Shown here: piece by piece, positions 31,973 to 43,588 of the stretch
Layout: each line of letters starts with the position of its first letter
Position numbering within the stretch: position 1 is the stretch's first letter
Source: Geobacteraceae bacterium
GTDB taxonomy: Bacteria > Desulfobacterota > Desulfuromonadia > Geobacterales > Geobacteraceae
Assembly (NCBI GenBank): GCA_040773465.1
Contig: JAXGWF010000013.1
Coordinates: 11,408 to 75,407 of the forward strand
Direction of reading: 5' to 3'
DNA: 64,000 bases
The notes under the pieces: generated by a model
Seen by the model: only the letters and a program-made list of their open reading frames with translations
Database searches by the model: none
Told to the model about the DNA's origin: nothing
Translations under genes and position numbers: made by a program

Positions 31973-33187
31973 CTACATGGTCATTCGTGTTATAAATGAT
32001 TGCTCGCTGAGCAATAATTTTACTTTTACCTTTTTCCTTTCGCCCGGTAGCCAGGCTGCGAGCATCGCATCGACTATTACCTTCGCGGCATTCGGCCGTG
32101 CCAGCGCGGCTGCCTTGTTTCCGGCAGACTCCCGGACCTGCGGGTTCCGCTCCAACTCCTCCAGCATCGCCGCGAGCCGCTTCCCGGAAAGCTCACGGTC
32201 GAGGATCATGAAGCCGGCCCCCTTTTCGACCAGGGCTTCGGCATTCTTGCGCTGGTGGTCGTCCGTTGCATAGGGATACGGAACGAAGATGCAGGCCTTG
32301 CCGCATGCCGTCACTTCGGCGATGGTCGTTGCCCCGGCACGGCATAGAACCAGATCGGCATTTCGATAAGCCTCAGCCATGTTGTCTATGAACGGTACCG
32401 CTTCGGCACGGAATCCTTCCCGTTCATAAGCCTCGCGAACCGCGGCGCAATCGTTTTCGCCGGTCTGGTGCACGATGACCAGGCGCTCCCTGAGCGCCGA
32501 CAGCTCAGGCAGTGCTTCCATCATGGCGACATTGATTCGATGGGCACCGGCGCTGCCGCCGAAGACCAGCAGGCGGAAGGGTGTATCGTTGCCGTTGCGG
32601 CCATTTCCGTTTCGACCGTTGCCGTTACCCCGATAGCCGTTGCCCTTGTCGCCATCGGCAGGCTCGACGCACAAATTCTCCAGGATCTGTTTTCGCAGCG
32701 GGTTGCCTGTCAGAAGCATCTTGCCACTGGGCACATGCCCGCGGGATTCCTCCAGCGAAATGAATACTTTTCGCACCACTTTGGCAAGGATGCGGTTCGT
32801 CAGCCCCGGCACGGCATTCTGTTCGTGGATGAAGCACTTGCAGGCATTCTTCTCGGCTGCCAGGACCAGAGGGCCCGAGGCGTAGCCCCCGACACCGAGA
32901 ATCAGGTCCGGCTTGAAGGAACGGATGATCCGCCGGGATTGGGCATAGCCGACCAACAGCAGCCATGTCCCTTTCACCTTTGAGAGGGCGCTTTTGCCCC
33001 GCATTCCTGCCGTGGCGATGCATTCCAGGGGGTAGCCGACCCGGGGCAGAACCCGTGCCTCGATACCCCGTTCCGTGCCGACGAACAGGACCTTATTGTC
33101 GGGGTCCCGCGCCAGAAATTCTTCCGCGATCGCTATGCCCGGGAAAAGGTGCCCGCCGGTACCGCCGCCCGCAATTATGAGTCTCAT
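31973..33187 (-). CDS. murG: Undecaprenyldiphospho-muramoylpentapeptide beta-N-acetylglucosaminyltransferase
   Basis: IIAGGGTGGHLFPGIAIAEE.. and FGGSAGA. Carries an unusual Gly/Asn/Arg repeat insert (aa 178-201). Confidence 0.93.
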   Translation of the reverse strand: MRLIIAGGGTGGHLFPGIAIAEEFLARDPDNKVLFVGTERGIEARVLPRVGYPLECIATAGMRGKSALSKVKGTWLLLVGYAQSRRIIRSFKPDLILGVGGYASGPLVLAAEKNACKCFIHEQNAVPGLTNRILAKVVRKVFISLEESRGHVPSGKMLLTGNPLRKQILENLCVEPADGDKGNGYRGNGNGRNGNGRNGNDTPFRLLVFGGSAGAHRINVAMMEALPELSALRERLVIVHQTGENDCAAVREAYEREGFRAEAVPFIDNMAEAYRNADLVLCRAGATTIAEVTACGKACIFVPYPYATDDHQRKNAEALVEKGAGFMILDRELSGKRLAAMLEELERNPQVRESAGNKAAALARPNAAKVIVDAMLAAWLPGERKKVKVKLLLSEQSFITRMTM

Positions 33188-34287
33188 GGCGTCACCCGTA
33201 CCCGTGAGGAGATGTTGAGCAGGATCCCCACGGCGAAAAGCGTGATGATCAGCGAACTCCCTCCATAACTGATGAAGGGAAGCGCCAGCCCCTTGGTGGG
33301 AAAGATGCCGGTAACCACGGCGATATTGACGAAGGCCTCGATCCCGATCAGGGTAGTGATGCCGAATGCCAGCGAGCGGCCGAAATTGTCTTCCGCGTAA
33401 ATGGCGACCCTAATCCCGCGCATCACCAGCAGGAAAAACATGGCGGAGATCACGATGAAGCCGAGGAAGCCCAGTTCCTCGCTCACCACGGAAAAGATGA
33501 AGTCGGTATGGGCTTCGGGCAGATAGAACAGCTTCTGTTTCCCTTCGCCGAGCCCCTGGCCGATCAGCCCGCCGGTCCCGACGGCAATCCACGACTGGAT
33601 GATCTGAAACCCGGTATTGGTCGGGTCTTCCCAGGGATTCAGGAAAGCCATGATGCGCCGGCGCCGGTAATCCACATTCATGATGGCGAAATAGAGAAAC
33701 GGCAGCGCCAGCATGACCATGGACAGGATATAGGACAGCCTGGTTCCGGCCGCGAACAACATTGCCATGGCAACCGCCCCGAGGGTCAGGGATGATCCCA
33801 GGTCCGGCTGCTTCAGCAGAAACATCAGCATGACCGCCAGCACCACCATGTACGGCAAAAAGCCGCTGGAAAAGAGCTTCACCTTGTCCTGCTTCTTGTC
33901 AAGCGAATAGGCCATGTACATGATAAAGGCGATCTTTGCCAGCTCCGACGGCTGCAGGGAAAATCCCGGCAGGCGGATCCAGCGGGACGAACCGCCGGCA
34001 CTGCCGCCGATACCCGGGATCAAAACCAGACCGAGCAGCAGCAGGCAGAAGGCAAGGATCGGCACCGCCGCCTTCTTCCAGAAATGATAATCAATACGCA
34101 TGGCCCCCACCATCGTTGCGATGCCGAGAACGAGGAAAATCCCCTGCCGCTTGAGGAAATAGAATTCGTCGTGATATTTCTGCGCCGCCATGATGGACGA
34201 GGAGGAATAGACCATGACGATGCCGAAGCAGGTCAATGCCGCAACCATGAGCATGATGATCAGGTCGTATCCCTCTGATTTCAGCAT
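33184..34287 (-). CDS. ftsW: Peptidoglycan glycosyltransferase FtsW (SEDS family)
   Basis: Polytopic FtsW/RodA/SpoVE sequence at the conserved dcw position. Confidence 0.9.
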   Translation of the reverse strand: MLKSEGYDLIIMLMVAALTCFGIVMVYSSSSIMAAQKYHDEFYFLKRQGIFLVLGIATMVGAMRIDYHFWKKAAVPILAFCLLLLGLVLIPGIGGSAGGSSRWIRLPGFSLQPSELAKIAFIMYMAYSLDKKQDKVKLFSSGFLPYMVVLAVMLMFLLKQPDLGSSLTLGAVAMAMLFAAGTRLSYILSMVMLALPFLYFAIMNVDYRRRRIMAFLNPWEDPTNTGFQIIQSWIAVGTGGLIGQGLGEGKQKLFYLPEAHTDFIFSVVSEELGFLGFIVISAMFFLLVMRGIRVAIYAEDNFGRSLAFGITTLIGIEAFVNIAVVTGIFPTKGLALPFISYGGSSLIITLFAVGILLNISSRVRVTP

Positions 34288-35646
34288 CTATTCAGTCCCC
34301 TCTAGGAGTTCACGCACGGCCGAAACGAAGCACTCGCCTCGTACTTCATAGTTCCTGAACATGTCGAAACTGGAACATGCCGGAGAAAACAGTACCACGT
34401 CCCCCGCCTCGGCCAATCGATGGGCCTCGCGCACCGCTTCTTCCAGACTGCCCACCAGCACCGTATCAGTGAGCTGGCCGAGGGCATCCCGAATCCGCTC
34501 CCGGGCTTCACCAAGCAGGATCAGGTGATTGACCCGCTCCCGCACCAGTTCGGCCAGCGGAGCATACTCGCCACCCTTGTCCTTGCCCCCCGCGATAAGC
34601 GTTACCTTGCCGGGGAAGCTCTCCAGGGACTTGACGACGCTGCCCACGTTGGTTCCCTTGCTGTCATTATAATAGTCCACGCCGTTCACCGTCGCCACGA
34701 ACTCCATACGGTGGGGAAGGCCGGAAAATCCTTCGACCGCCGCCAATGCCGACGCGGCAGGGCACCCCAGCAGCAGGGTCGTGGCAAGCGCCGCCATGCA
34801 ATTGTCGATATTGTGCACGCCCCGAAGCTTGAAGGAATCGGTGGGAAAGCGCTCGACCCGTCCGTCCCAGGCAAAGGTGATTACCCCATCCTGGCAGCTG
34901 ATGCCCTGCTCCAGCGGCTTGAGCCTGCTCATGGGAACGACGCGGGCCGCAAGCGTGCCCGCGCAGTTCGCCACCAAGGGATCGTCGATATTGAGGATCG
35001 CGAAGTCATCGCCGGTCTGGTTGGCGAAAATCCGCAGCTTGGCAGCGATGTATTCCCGGTAGCTGGCATAACGGTCCAGATGGTCTTCGGTAATGTTGAG
35101 CAGCACCGCGACACGGGGACGGAAGTTGACGATCCCCTCCAACTGGAAGGAACTGATTTCCGCAACGACCCGGTCGACCGCCTCCCCGGAGGCAACCAGC
35201 TCGATGAGCGGATTACCGATATTGCCGCCGACAAAGGTCTTGAATCCGCAGCTGCGAAATATCGCACCGGTCAGGGACGTGGTGGTAGTCTTGCCATTGG
35301 TACCCGTAATCGCGGCAATTGGCGCATCGAGGAACGCGTAGGCCAGCTCGATTTCGCTGATCACGGGGACGTTCCGTTTCCGCGCCAGCTCCAGCGGCGC
35401 GATATTCATCGGCACTCCCGGGCTCACCACGATTAGATCCGCGCTGGTGAACGTTTCGTCACCATGGCCGCCGAATTCGTAGGTTATCTCCAGATCGGAC
35501 AGCATCGCCAGGAAATCCGCCAGAGCTCCCCGGACCCTGTTGTCACTGACGGTCACCCGGGCGCCGCGCTCGGCGAGCAATCGCGCCGTCGCCGCACCGG
35601 TTCTGGCCAGACCCACCACGAGGATTTTTTTATCTATCAGTTCCAT
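34288..35646 (-). CDS. murD: UDP-N-acetylmuramoylalanine--D-glutamate ligase
   Basis: [14 protein letters not shown].. and [12 protein letters not shown]. Start taken as ATG 35646, which has an RBS-like GGTGGA. Confidence 0.93.
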   Translation of the reverse strand: MELIDKKILVVGLARTGAATARLLAERGARVTVSDNRVRGALADFLAMLSDLEITYEFGGHGDETFTSADLIVVSPGVPMNIAPLELARKRNVPVISEIELAYAFLDAPIAAITGTNGKTTTTSLTGAIFRSCGFKTFVGGNIGNPLIELVASGEAVDRVVAEISSFQLEGIVNFRPRVAVLLNITEDHLDRYASYREYIAAKLRIFANQTGDDFAILNIDDPLVANCAGTLAARVVPMSRLKPLEQGISCQDGVITFAWDGRVERFPTDSFKLRGVHNIDNCMAALATTLLLGCPAASALAAVEGFSGLPHRMEFVATVNGVDYYNDSKGTNVGSVVKSLESFPGKVTLIAGGKDKGGEYAPLAELVRERVNHLILLGEARERIRDALGQLTDTVLVGSLEEAVREAHRLAEAGDVVLFSPACSSFDMFRNYEVRGECFVSAVRELLEGTE

Positions 35647-35701
35647 TCGTTTGTATTCCACCTACGCGAATAGGTTGCAAACCCGCCTCTACCTATGGAC
35701 A

Positions 35702-36778
35702 TTACCGGATCTTCAGGGTCGAAATGGCTATCAACGCAAGAATAATGGTTATCACCCAGAAACGAACAATAATTTTCGGCTCCGCCACGCCCTTCAGTTC
35801 GAAATGGTGATGGATGGGAGCCATGCGGAATATCCTCTTGCCGCGGTACTTGTACGACCCGACCTGGAAGATTACCGACAGGGCCTCGACCACGAAAATG
35901 CCGCCGACGATCACCAGCAGGATCTCCTGCTTCGTTATGACCGCCAGGGCGCCGAGCCCACCGCCAAGGGGCAATGAACCAACATCGCCCATGAAAACCT
36001 CGGCGGGATAGGAATTGTACCAGAGGAAGCCGAGGCCGGCTCCCGCCATGGCGCCACAGAGTATCGCCAGTTCGCCGGCTCCGGGAACATAGGGTACCTG
36101 GAGATAGTTCGCCAGCTTTATGTTGCCGGCGATGTAGCTAAAGAGCATATACGTGCCGGCATTGATGGAAACCGGGCCGATTGCCAGGCCGTCCAGGCCG
36201 TCCGTCAGGTTGACCGCGCTGCTGGCGCCGAAAATGACCAGCATCACGAACGGAATATAGAAGAATCCCAGGTCAGGAGTCACATTCTTGAAAAACGGGA
36301 CCGTAAGGGACGTCGAAAATCCAGGTATAAAATAGAGGACGGTCCCCGCCGCAAGGCCGAGGAAAACCTGCCAGAACGTTTTCTGCCGGGGCGACAAGCC
36401 CTTGGGGTTTTTCTCCACCACTTTTTTGTAATCGTCGACGAAACCGATCAAGCCGTACCCCACGATGATAAAAAGGGCTATCCAGATATAGCGGTTCGAA
36501 AGATCGGCCCAGAGCAGGGTCGGTATCACGATAGCCGCCAGGATGAGCACGCCTCCCATGGTTGGTGTTCCCTGTTTTTTCAGGTGCGACTCGGGACCGT
36601 CGGTCCGGATTACCTGGGTCATCTGGATGGACTGCAGCTTGCGGATCATCCAGGGACCCAGCAGAAACGAAACCACCAGCGCCGTGATCACGGCATAGAT
36701 GGTTCGGAATGTCAAATACTTGAAGACATTCAGGAAATGAAACTCGGTTGCAAGTGGGTACAGTAAATTGTACAGCAT
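35702..36778 (-). CDS. mraY: Phospho-N-acetylmuramoyl-pentapeptide transferase
   Basis: Typical MraY polytopic sequence (..[10 protein letters not shown].., ..MAPIHHHFE..). Confidence 0.97.
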   Translation of the reverse strand: MLYNLLYPLATEFHFLNVFKYLTFRTIYAVITALVVSFLLGPWMIRKLQSIQMTQVIRTDGPESHLKKQGTPTMGGVLILAAIVIPTLLWADLSNRYIWIALFIIVGYGLIGFVDDYKKVVEKNPKGLSPRQKTFWQVFLGLAAGTVLYFIPGFSTSLTVPFFKNVTPDLGFFYIPFVMLVIFGASSAVNLTDGLDGLAIGPVSINAGTYMLFSYIAGNIKLANYLQVPYVPGAGELAILCGAMAGAGLGFLWYNSYPAEVFMGDVGSLPLGGGLGALAVITKQEILLVIVGGIFVVEALSVIFQVGSYKYRGKRIFRMAPIHHHFELKGVAEPKIIVRFWVITIILALIAISTLKIR

Positions 36779-38193
36779 CAGCCTATGGCCCCCTTCGCCA
36801 TATCGTCGGAGAGCGTGTGCCTGATTCCCTCGGCAACGGTTTCCATCCGCATGCCGCGAGACCCCTTGACCAGGATGCAGTCGCCCGGCCGCATTGTGCC
36901 TCGCAGGTTGTCAAGGATCTCGGCATGGCTCTTCGCAACAAAAACCGATTCCTCGGGAAGACCACCCGCGAGCGCTCCTCGGGCCACGCATTCCGCCAGC
37001 GAGCCCATGAGGTAGAGGCGTTCAACACACCGGGCAGCCTGCCTGCCGATCTCCTCATGCGCCGCCGGAGAAGAGTCCCCTAATTCAAGCATATCGCCGA
37101 GAACGGCAAGTCCACGTCCTTCTTCCTTCAGTTCGGCCACGGTAGCAAGCGCCGCCCGCATCGAAGCGGGGTTTGCGTTGTAACTGTCGTCGATCAGCAG
37201 AATCCCGCCGAAGGCCTCAGGGAAAAAGCGTTTTTCAACGGGGGCAAAGGACTCCAGGCCGGCCCTTATTTCATCCGCTTCGAGCCCCAGCACATGGGCG
37301 GCAGATGCCGCCGCCAGCGCATTCATGACATTGTGGCGGCCGAAAGCCTTCAGCTTGATCTGAACCGTTGCCGCCGGAAGCGAGAGGACGAAAGCCTGAC
37401 CCTCTCTGCCCCTCGCTTCAATCTTCTCCGCCCGTACCACGGCATCCCCGAACCCGTACGATAACCGCCGGACGCCGTCCGGCGTCGGCAAGCCGGCAAC
37501 CAGCGGATCATCGGCATTGTAAACGGCCGTATTGCCGGGACGCAACCGCTGGAACAATTCGCCCTTGGCGGCGGCAACGGCGGCAATGCTCCCCATGCTC
37601 TGCAGGTGGGCGGACGCCACGTTGGTGATGATTCCCACATCCGGCCGGGCAATTTCCGCCAGCCGATCGATTTCACCCGGCTCGCTCATCCCCATCTCCA
37701 GAACCGCCCAGCGATGGCCGCCGTTCAGTTGCAGGACCATTTGGGGCAGGCCGATGAGATTGTTCAGGTTTCCCGCGGTTTTCAGGCCATCACCGGTCCG
37801 GCGCAGAATCGCGGCCAGCATCTCCTTGGTGGTCGTCTTGCCGTTGCTGCCGGTAACGGCAACAACCGGCACGGCAAAACGGTTGCGGTGAAAAACGGCC
37901 AAGTCGCCGAGCGCCCGGAGGGTATCGGTCACCGTGATGCACGTAGTGCCCGGCGGCAAGGTTTCCGGTTCGCAACGCGTCGGTTCCGCCAGCAACACCC
38001 GCACTCCGCGTGCTACGGCCATCTCAATAAAGCGATGCCCGTCAAAGCGCTCCCCCCGCAGGGGGACGAACAATTCACCCGGCTCCGCGGTACGCGAATC
38101 GGTGGAAACCCCTGATACCCACCCTTCCAATGCCCCGGTCACGGTTCCGCGGACGGCTTCAGCTATCCGGCCAACGGTGAACTCCGGCTTCAT
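36778..38193 (-). CDS. murF: UDP-N-acetylmuramoyl-tripeptide--D-alanyl-D-alanine ligase
   Basis: [13 protein letters not shown] Mur ligase motif and dcw position. Confidence 0.93.
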   Translation of the reverse strand: MKPEFTVGRIAEAVRGTVTGALEGWVSGVSTDSRTAEPGELFVPLRGERFDGHRFIEMAVARGVRVLLAEPTRCEPETLPPGTTCITVTDTLRALGDLAVFHRNRFAVPVVAVTGSNGKTTTKEMLAAILRRTGDGLKTAGNLNNLIGLPQMVLQLNGGHRWAVLEMGMSEPGEIDRLAEIARPDVGIITNVASAHLQSMGSIAAVAAAKGELFQRLRPGNTAVYNADDPLVAGLPTPDGVRRLSYGFGDAVVRAEKIEARGREGQAFVLSLPAATVQIKLKAFGRHNVMNALAAASAAHVLGLEADEIRAGLESFAPVEKRFFPEAFGGILLIDDSYNANPASMRAALATVAELKEEGRGLAVLGDMLELGDSSPAAHEEIGRQAARCVERLYLMGSLAECVARGALAGGLPEESVFVAKSHAEILDNLRGTMRPGDCILVKGSRGMRMETVAEGIRHTLSDDMAKGAIG

Positions 38194-39797
38194 GCCGCTT
38201 TCCCTGCCAAACGGAGCGCCAGTGCAGCCTCCTCGCGGTCGTCGAAATGGTGCTTTTCGCTACCGATAATCTGGTAGTCCTCGTGTCCCTTGCCGGCAAC
38301 CAGAACGATATCGCCCGGCACGGCAAGGCGGACCGCGAGGCGAATCGCCTCACGGCGCGACTCGACAGTAAGAAATCCTTGTTCGTCTATTCCGTCCGCC
38401 AGGGTCGGGATGGTGTATTCCCGGAGCCCCAGTGAAAGGATGCCGTCACGCACCTGGCGAATGATTGCCGCCGGTTCTTCGGAGCGCGGGTTGTCGGAAG
38501 TAACTATCGCCAAGTCGCTGTAGCGTCCCGCGACTTCACCCATGATGGGTCGTTTGCCGCGATCGCGATCCCCGCCGCAGCCGAACACGGTGATAATACG
38601 CTTCGTGGCCAGTTCGCGGAGGGTTTTCAGGACATTCTCCAGGGCATCCCCGGTGTGGGCATAATCGACGAGTACGGTGATCTCCCGGTCGTTCTCGACC
38701 CGCTCCAGACGGCCGGCCACCGTATCGTGCTCCTCGATGCCGCAACGAATGGTGTCCAGGGAGAGGCCCAAAGCACAAGCCGCTCCGGCGGCGGACAGGA
38801 TATTGTAGAGGTTAAATCGTCCCAGGAGACGCGAAGCAAAAGGCGCTTCGCCGCCGGGCGTACAGAGGATCCCGGAAATTCCGGCCGTGGAAAAAACAAC
38901 ATCCCGAGCCGAGATATCGGCACCGGGACCAAGACCGTACGAAAGGATCGGACAAGCGGCGGATCGTGCAAGGCCCGGGCCCGCCGGATCATCCATGTTG
39001 ATCACGGCATGCCGGGTCGGCTTCCCGTCGTCCGGGAACAGTAATTCGGCGAAAAGCCGTTGCTTGCTCGCCAGATAGGATTCCATGTCACGATGGTAGT
39101 CCAGGTGGTCCCGGGTCAGGTTCGTAAAAACCCCCACGTCGAAGCGGCAACCGTCAACCCGCTTTTGCTCCAAGGCGTGTGAGGAAACCTCCATGATGAT
39201 GCCCCGGGCGCCCAGGTCCACCAGCTGACGCAGTATTTTCTGGAGATCGACCGACTCGGGCGTGGTGTGAGAAGACTCGAGGCGATTTTCGCCGAAACGG
39301 TAGTTGATGGTGCCGAGAACCGCCGGAGGGATACCGGCCTTGGCAAGCATCGTCTCCAGCAGATAGGTAGTGGTGGTCTTGCCATTGGTTCCGGTTATGC
39401 CGATCAACGGAATATTCGCTGTCGGATCACCGTAAAAGCTGGCCGCCATCCGGGCCATGGCCAGCCTGGCATCCGGCACCGTTGCCGCGGCAATCCCCGG
39501 GGGAAGGTTTGTATCGTCCTCGACCACAAAGGCAACGGCCCCGGCGGCTGCCGCCCGGGAGAGAAAGGAATGACCGTCAACGGCTACCCCGCGCAGGGCA
39601 AAAAAGAGGCCGCCCGGCATAACCGCACGGGAGTCGTAGAACAGGCCGCGGATTTCCACATCCGTGTTGCCGGCAATCCGCACCGGCGCTCCGATAGTAT
39701 GTAAAAGTTCGAAAAACCGCACTGAACCTCTCCCTGGCTGTCCCTGCCACTCCATTACTTCTCTCGCCCCGGCCCCGCGGCTATGCGGAAGGGGCAA
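38190..39797 (-). CDS. murE: UDP-N-acetylmuramoyl-L-alanyl-D-glutamate--2,6-diaminopimelate ligase
   Basis: [12 protein letters not shown] and the DNPR motif (TSDNPRSEEP), indicating meso-DAP specificity. The start is uncertain (TTG 39797 or ATG 39755). Confidence 0.93.
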   Translation of the reverse strand: MPLPHSRGAGAREVMEWQGQPGRGSVRFFELLHTIGAPVRIAGNTDVEIRGLFYDSRAVMPGGLFFALRGVAVDGHSFLSRAAAAGAVAFVVEDDTNLPPGIAAATVPDARLAMARMAASFYGDPTANIPLIGITGTNGKTTTTYLLETMLAKAGIPPAVLGTINYRFGENRLESSHTTPESVDLQKILRQLVDLGARGIIMEVSSHALEQKRVDGCRFDVGVFTNLTRDHLDYHRDMESYLASKQRLFAELLFPDDGKPTRHAVINMDDPAGPGLARSAACPILSYGLGPGADISARDVVFSTAGISGILCTPGGEAPFASRLLGRFNLYNILSAAGAACALGLSLDTIRCGIEEHDTVAGRLERVENDREITVLVDYAHTGDALENVLKTLRELATKRIITVFGCGGDRDRGKRPIMGEVAGRYSDLAIVTSDNPRSEEPAAIIRQVRDGILSLGLREYTIPTLADGIDEQGFLTVESRREAIRLAVRLAVPGDIVLVAGKGHEDYQIIGSEKHHFDDREEAALALRLAGKAA

Positions 39798-41760
39798 ATC
39801 TTACCCACACCTGATTTTTCGGGCCGATCTGCTGACCCGGTTGCGGATTCTGCTCCACGGCGCGTCCGCTTCCCAGAATTTTCACGTTCAGTGAATTCTT
39901 TTCCATGTACCGCAAAACCTGGCGGATGCTCATGCCACGGAAATTGGGCATCATGCCGCCACCCATCGCCTCGTCGAATACGGCTTCGGCAACATCATTC
40001 ACCTCATCCTGCCGCACCTTGGCGTCTTCCTCTTTGTCCCGGGCCTTTGCATTTGCTTTCAGCGGCAGAGTAGGGGGCACCTTCAGGTAGCAGAGCGACT
40101 GATGCGCAATCTCACGGAAGGCCGGAGCAGCGACGACCCCCCCGTAGGAACTCGTTTTCGGCTCGTCGACGATTACCAGGATCGTCAGGCGCGGATCGTC
40201 CGCCGGAACGAAACCGACAAACGAGGCGGTCCGCTTGGTTGCGGAATAGCACTTGGTCATGGGATCGACCTTCTGGGCCGTCCCCGTCTTTCCGGCAACC
40301 CGGTAGCCGTCTACCACGGCGTTCAGACCGGTTCCCCCTTCCGCCGTTACGTTTTCCATCATCCGCGTCATCGTCTTGGCGGTGCGGGAAGAAACCACCC
40401 GGCGACGTATCTGCGGCGAAAATCCCTGGACCACCGTGCCGGAATCATTGGTTATCTTTTCCACAAGGTACGGTTTCATCAGCAACCCGCCGTTGGCAAT
40501 CGAGGAGATCGCCGTTGCCAGCTGCAGGGCCGATATCGAAAGCCCCTGGCCGAATGATATGGTTGCAAGGTCAATGGGGTACCAGCGGCTGCGGTCCCGT
40601 AGCAGGCCGGATACTTCCCCCGGCAGGTCGATGCCGGTCTTTTCCCCAAACCCGAAATTTTTCAGGCCGGCCAGCAGCCTGCCGGCACCGAGGCGCGCCC
40701 CGATTTTCGCCGAGCCGATATTGCTGGAAAACTTCAGTATCTCAGACACCCGCAAATTGCCGTACTTATGGGTATCGTGAATGATCCTGCCGCCAATGGC
40801 ATAATTGCCGTTTTCACAGTTGAAAACATCATTCGGCCCGACAATCTTCGTAGCCAGTGCCGACGCAATGAGAAAAACCTTCATCGTCGAACCGGGCTCG
40901 AAGGTGTCGGCAACCGCCCTGTTCCGCAGGTTATCGTGAGAATAGCCGCGGAAGGAATTGGGGTTGAAAGTCGGATAGGAAGCCATTGCCAAAACCCTTC
41001 CGGTATCGGGTTCCATAACCAGGGCAACCCCACCCGCGGCCCGGCTTTCCGTTACCGCCTTGGCAAGCTCCTTCTCCGCAATGTACTGGATATTCTTGTC
41101 CAGCGTCAGAATGATGTTGTGTCCCTTGGATGACTTCTTGACAACCTTGTCCATAAGGGCGATGTCGCGTCCCAGGGCATCACGCTCGGTAACGAGGTAA
41201 CCGGTATTCCCGAGAATCTGGGAATTGTACCTGAGTTCAAGCCCTTCAAGCCCCTGCGGGTCGAGACCGGTGAAACCTATCACGTGGGCCGCCACCTCGG
41301 CGTTCGGATAAAATCGACGGGACTCCTTGACGAAGCCGATGCCGCTGATTTTCAGGTCCCGGATTTTCCGGGTCATATCCGGCGTTATCTGACGCCGCAG
41401 CCAGACGAACCCTCTTTTACCCGAGAGCTTCTTTGCAAGTTGCCCGCGGGGGAAGCCGAGAAGAGGCGCAAGTCTTTCAGCCGCGCCTTGGGGATCTTCA
41501 ATAAAAACCGGTTCCGCGAAGCACGAGTCCATTTCGATGGAAAGTGCCAGAGCCGCACCGGTACTATCGTAAATCGTGCCGCGCGCGGGAGTCAGGGGAA
41601 CGGTTTTCTGGTGTTGCCGCTCAGCGAGCCGAACCCAATCATCTTTCTTGATTATCTGAAGATAGAACGCCCGAAACGATGTCGCGACAAAGAAAAAGGC
41701 AAACAGGAAGCCGATAATGCGGATTCGAATTCTGGACCATTTCTCCTTGGTTTCCATCAT
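39781..41760 (-). CDS. ftsI: Peptidoglycan D,D-transpeptidase FtsI (PBP3)
   Basis: STMK, SSN and KTGT penicillin-binding motifs, an N-terminal TM anchor, and dcw position. Confidence 0.93.
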   Translation of the reverse strand: MMETKEKWSRIRIRIIGFLFAFFFVATSFRAFYLQIIKKDDWVRLAERQHQKTVPLTPARGTIYDSTGAALALSIEMDSCFAEPVFIEDPQGAAERLAPLLGFPRGQLAKKLSGKRGFVWLRRQITPDMTRKIRDLKISGIGFVKESRRFYPNAEVAAHVIGFTGLDPQGLEGLELRYNSQILGNTGYLVTERDALGRDIALMDKVVKKSSKGHNIILTLDKNIQYIAEKELAKAVTESRAAGGVALVMEPDTGRVLAMASYPTFNPNSFRGYSHDNLRNRAVADTFEPGSTMKVFLIASALATKIVGPNDVFNCENGNYAIGGRIIHDTHKYGNLRVSEILKFSSNIGSAKIGARLGAGRLLAGLKNFGFGEKTGIDLPGEVSGLLRDRSRWYPIDLATISFGQGLSISALQLATAISSIANGGLLMKPYLVEKITNDSGTVVQGFSPQIRRRVVSSRTAKTMTRMMENVTAEGGTGLNAVVDGYRVAGKTGTAQKVDPMTKCYSATKRTASFVGFVPADDPRLTILVIVDEPKTSSYGGVVAAPAFREIAHQSLCYLKVPPTLPLKANAKARDKEEDAKVRQDEVNDVAEAVFDEAMGGGMMPNFRGMSIRQVLRYMEKNSLNVKILGSGRAVEQNPQPGQQIGPKNQVWVRFAPSA

Positions 41761-42092
41761 TTGACGAGTATCACCTGCTGATCGATGGGCAAAGCCATAT
41801 CGAGCTCACCCTTGGCCAGGGCCTCGATCCTCGCCGGATGTTTCAGAGACGCGACCTCGAGCCGCAAGGCATTTTTTTCCTGCTGCAACTGCTTGACCAG
41901 ACTGTTCGCTTCGGTAATTTCCCGGTTCAGATCGACGACCTTGACACGCGACCAGACATGAAAAAGCGAAAGCACGGTCAAAAGGGCCAGGAGCGTAATC
42001 AGGTACGGAAAGAGATCCCATCTCTGTGAAGCCGTCAATTCCGCTTTTTTCGGGGATGCAATTTTGCTGACGGCAGTTTTCGCAATTGACAT
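41757..42092 (-). CDS. ftsL: Cell division protein FtsL
   Basis: 111 aa with a single TM and a coiled coil (ITEANSLVKQLQQEKNALRLEV). Lies between rsmH and ftsI. Confidence 0.7.
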   Translation of the reverse strand: MSIAKTAVSKIASPKKAELTASQRWDLFPYLITLLALLTVLSLFHVWSRVKVVDLNREITEANSLVKQLQQEKNALRLEVASLKHPARIEALAKGELDMALPIDQQVILVK

Positions 42093-42112
42093 GGCAGCCA
42101 GGCTCCTTTCAA

Positions 42113-43051
42113 TTACAATTTCTCGGCGGCCCTCAGTTTAGCGCTGCGGGATCGCGGATTCACATCAAGTTCCTTCTTGCCGGCGACAACGGGTTTACCG
42201 GTAAGTTTCCGCAGGATCGGCACCCTTCCACACACGCAGCGTGGAATGCTTTTCGGACAGACACATCCCCTGGCGTACTCGTTGAAGACATTCTTCACTA
42301 TCCGGTCTTCCAGGGAATGGAAGGAAATCACCACGATCCTGCCACCCGTTTTCAACGACTCGATACCGGCCGCCAGTCCCTGTTCCAGGCTCTCGAGCTC
42401 TTCATTGACGGCAATCCGTATCGCTTGGAAGGTCCTCGTGGCGGGATGGAGTCGCGCCTCCCAGCGAGCCCGCGGAATGGCGCCCTTGACCAGGTCCGCC
42501 AACCGCATGGTAGTTGAGATGGGCTCGATTTCCCGCGCCGTAACTATTACCGCGGCGATGCGCCGAGCCCAGCGTTCTTCGCCGAACTCCCGGATTATCC
42601 GTTCCAACTCCTTGTCCGAAAGGGTATTGACGAGTTCCGCGGCGGTCATGCCGGACGAACCGTCCATTCTCATGTCCAGCGGCGCGTCCTGCTGGAAGCT
42701 GAAACCGCGCTCCGCCGTATCAAGCTGATGCGACGACACGCCGATATCGAGCACCATGCCGTCGATCGAATCAATCCCCTCCCGTGTCAGTACATCGGGC
42801 AAGGCGGAAAAGTTTTCATGGAACAGCCTGACGCGCTTCCCAAAGGGAGCAAGTTCCGAAGCCGCGGCGTCCAGGGCCTCCCGGTCCCGGTCGAAGCCGA
42901 GCAGAACCCCGTCCGGAAAAGATGCCTCCAGGATCCCGCGCGCATGTCCCGCTCCCCCCAGGGTTCCGTCCACGTAAATACCGCCGGGGCGGGGCGCCAG
43001 AAACTGGAGAACTTCGTCGTACAAAACCGATATATGGCGAAAATCGCCCAC
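42113..43051 (-). CDS. rsmH: 16S rRNA (cytosine1402-N4)-methyltransferase RsmH (MraW)
   Basis: HISVLYDEV.. and [15 protein letters not shown] motif. GTG start overlaps the mraZ stop by 1 nt. Confidence 0.95.
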   Translation of the reverse strand: MGDFRHISVLYDEVLQFLAPRPGGIYVDGTLGGAGHARGILEASFPDGVLLGFDRDREALDAAASELAPFGKRVRLFHENFSALPDVLTREGIDSIDGMVLDIGVSSHQLDTAERGFSFQQDAPLDMRMDGSSGMTAAELVNTLSDKELERIIREFGEERWARRIAAVIVTAREIEPISTTMRLADLVKGAIPRARWEARLHPATRTFQAIRIAVNEELESLEQGLAAGIESLKTGGRIVVISFHSLEDRIVKNVFNEYARGCVCPKSIPRCVCGRVPILRKLTGKPVVAGKKELDVNPRSRSAKLRAAEKL

Positions 43052-43533
43052 TACAACCCCAAATCGGCCAGTGCCGTTGAATCATCGGGAAAGTTTTCGT
43101 CATCTTGGCGGCGAACCTTCTCATACTCCGCCAGGCTCCAGATTTCGGCCTTGTTCAGAAGTCCGGCAAAGACGATTTCCCTCTCCAGCGACGCACTTTT
43201 TCGAAGGTGCGGCGGGATAAGGATCCTGCCGAGCTTGTCGGCGGAACACTCGACGGCAGGCGCGACTATTCTTCTCTTGACCGCGGCCAACTGGGCCGAA
43301 GAAAGCCCGATGCCGGTCCCGCGAATGAGTTTTTCCTCGAAAGCGATCCACTCCTGGTACGGAAAGATCGCCAGGCCGGAGCAGGAGATCCCCTCAGCCA
43401 GCCGTACCGGGCTGGAATTGGTAATAAAAAAACGATCGTCACCGAAGGTTTCCACGAGGACTTCGCGAAACTTGGCAGGGAGACTCGTTCGTCCCTTTGC
43501 ATCAATGGTGGTGTTGAAAACCCCCCGAAACAT
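43051..43533 (-). CDS. mraZ: Transcriptional regulator MraZ
   Basis: [24 protein letters not shown].. with duplicated SpoVT/AbrB-like halves. Start at ATG 43533, preceded by GGAGGGG. The track extension would cover the operator repeats. Confidence 0.93.
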   Translation of the reverse strand: MFRGVFNTTIDAKGRTSLPAKFREVLVETFGDDRFFITNSSPVRLAEGISCSGLAIFPYQEWIAFEEKLIRGTGIGLSSAQLAAVKRRIVAPAVECSADKLGRILIPPHLRKSASLEREIVFAGLLNKAEIWSLAEYEKVRRQDDENFPDDSTALADLGL

Positions 43534-43553
43534 CGCCCCTCCGAGACCTTTTT

Positions 43554-43577
43554 CCACATTTTACCACTTTATACCAC
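43554..43577 (-). promoter_or_regulatory. Putative MraZ operator: three direct GTGG-core repeats at 10-bp phasing
   Basis: The minus strand reads AAAGTGGTAT AAAGTGGTAA AATGTGGAAA (CCAC on the plus strand at 43554, 43564 and 43574), between the promoter and the mraZ RBS. Confidence 0.55.
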
Positions 43578-43588
43578 TTTGGTGACAA

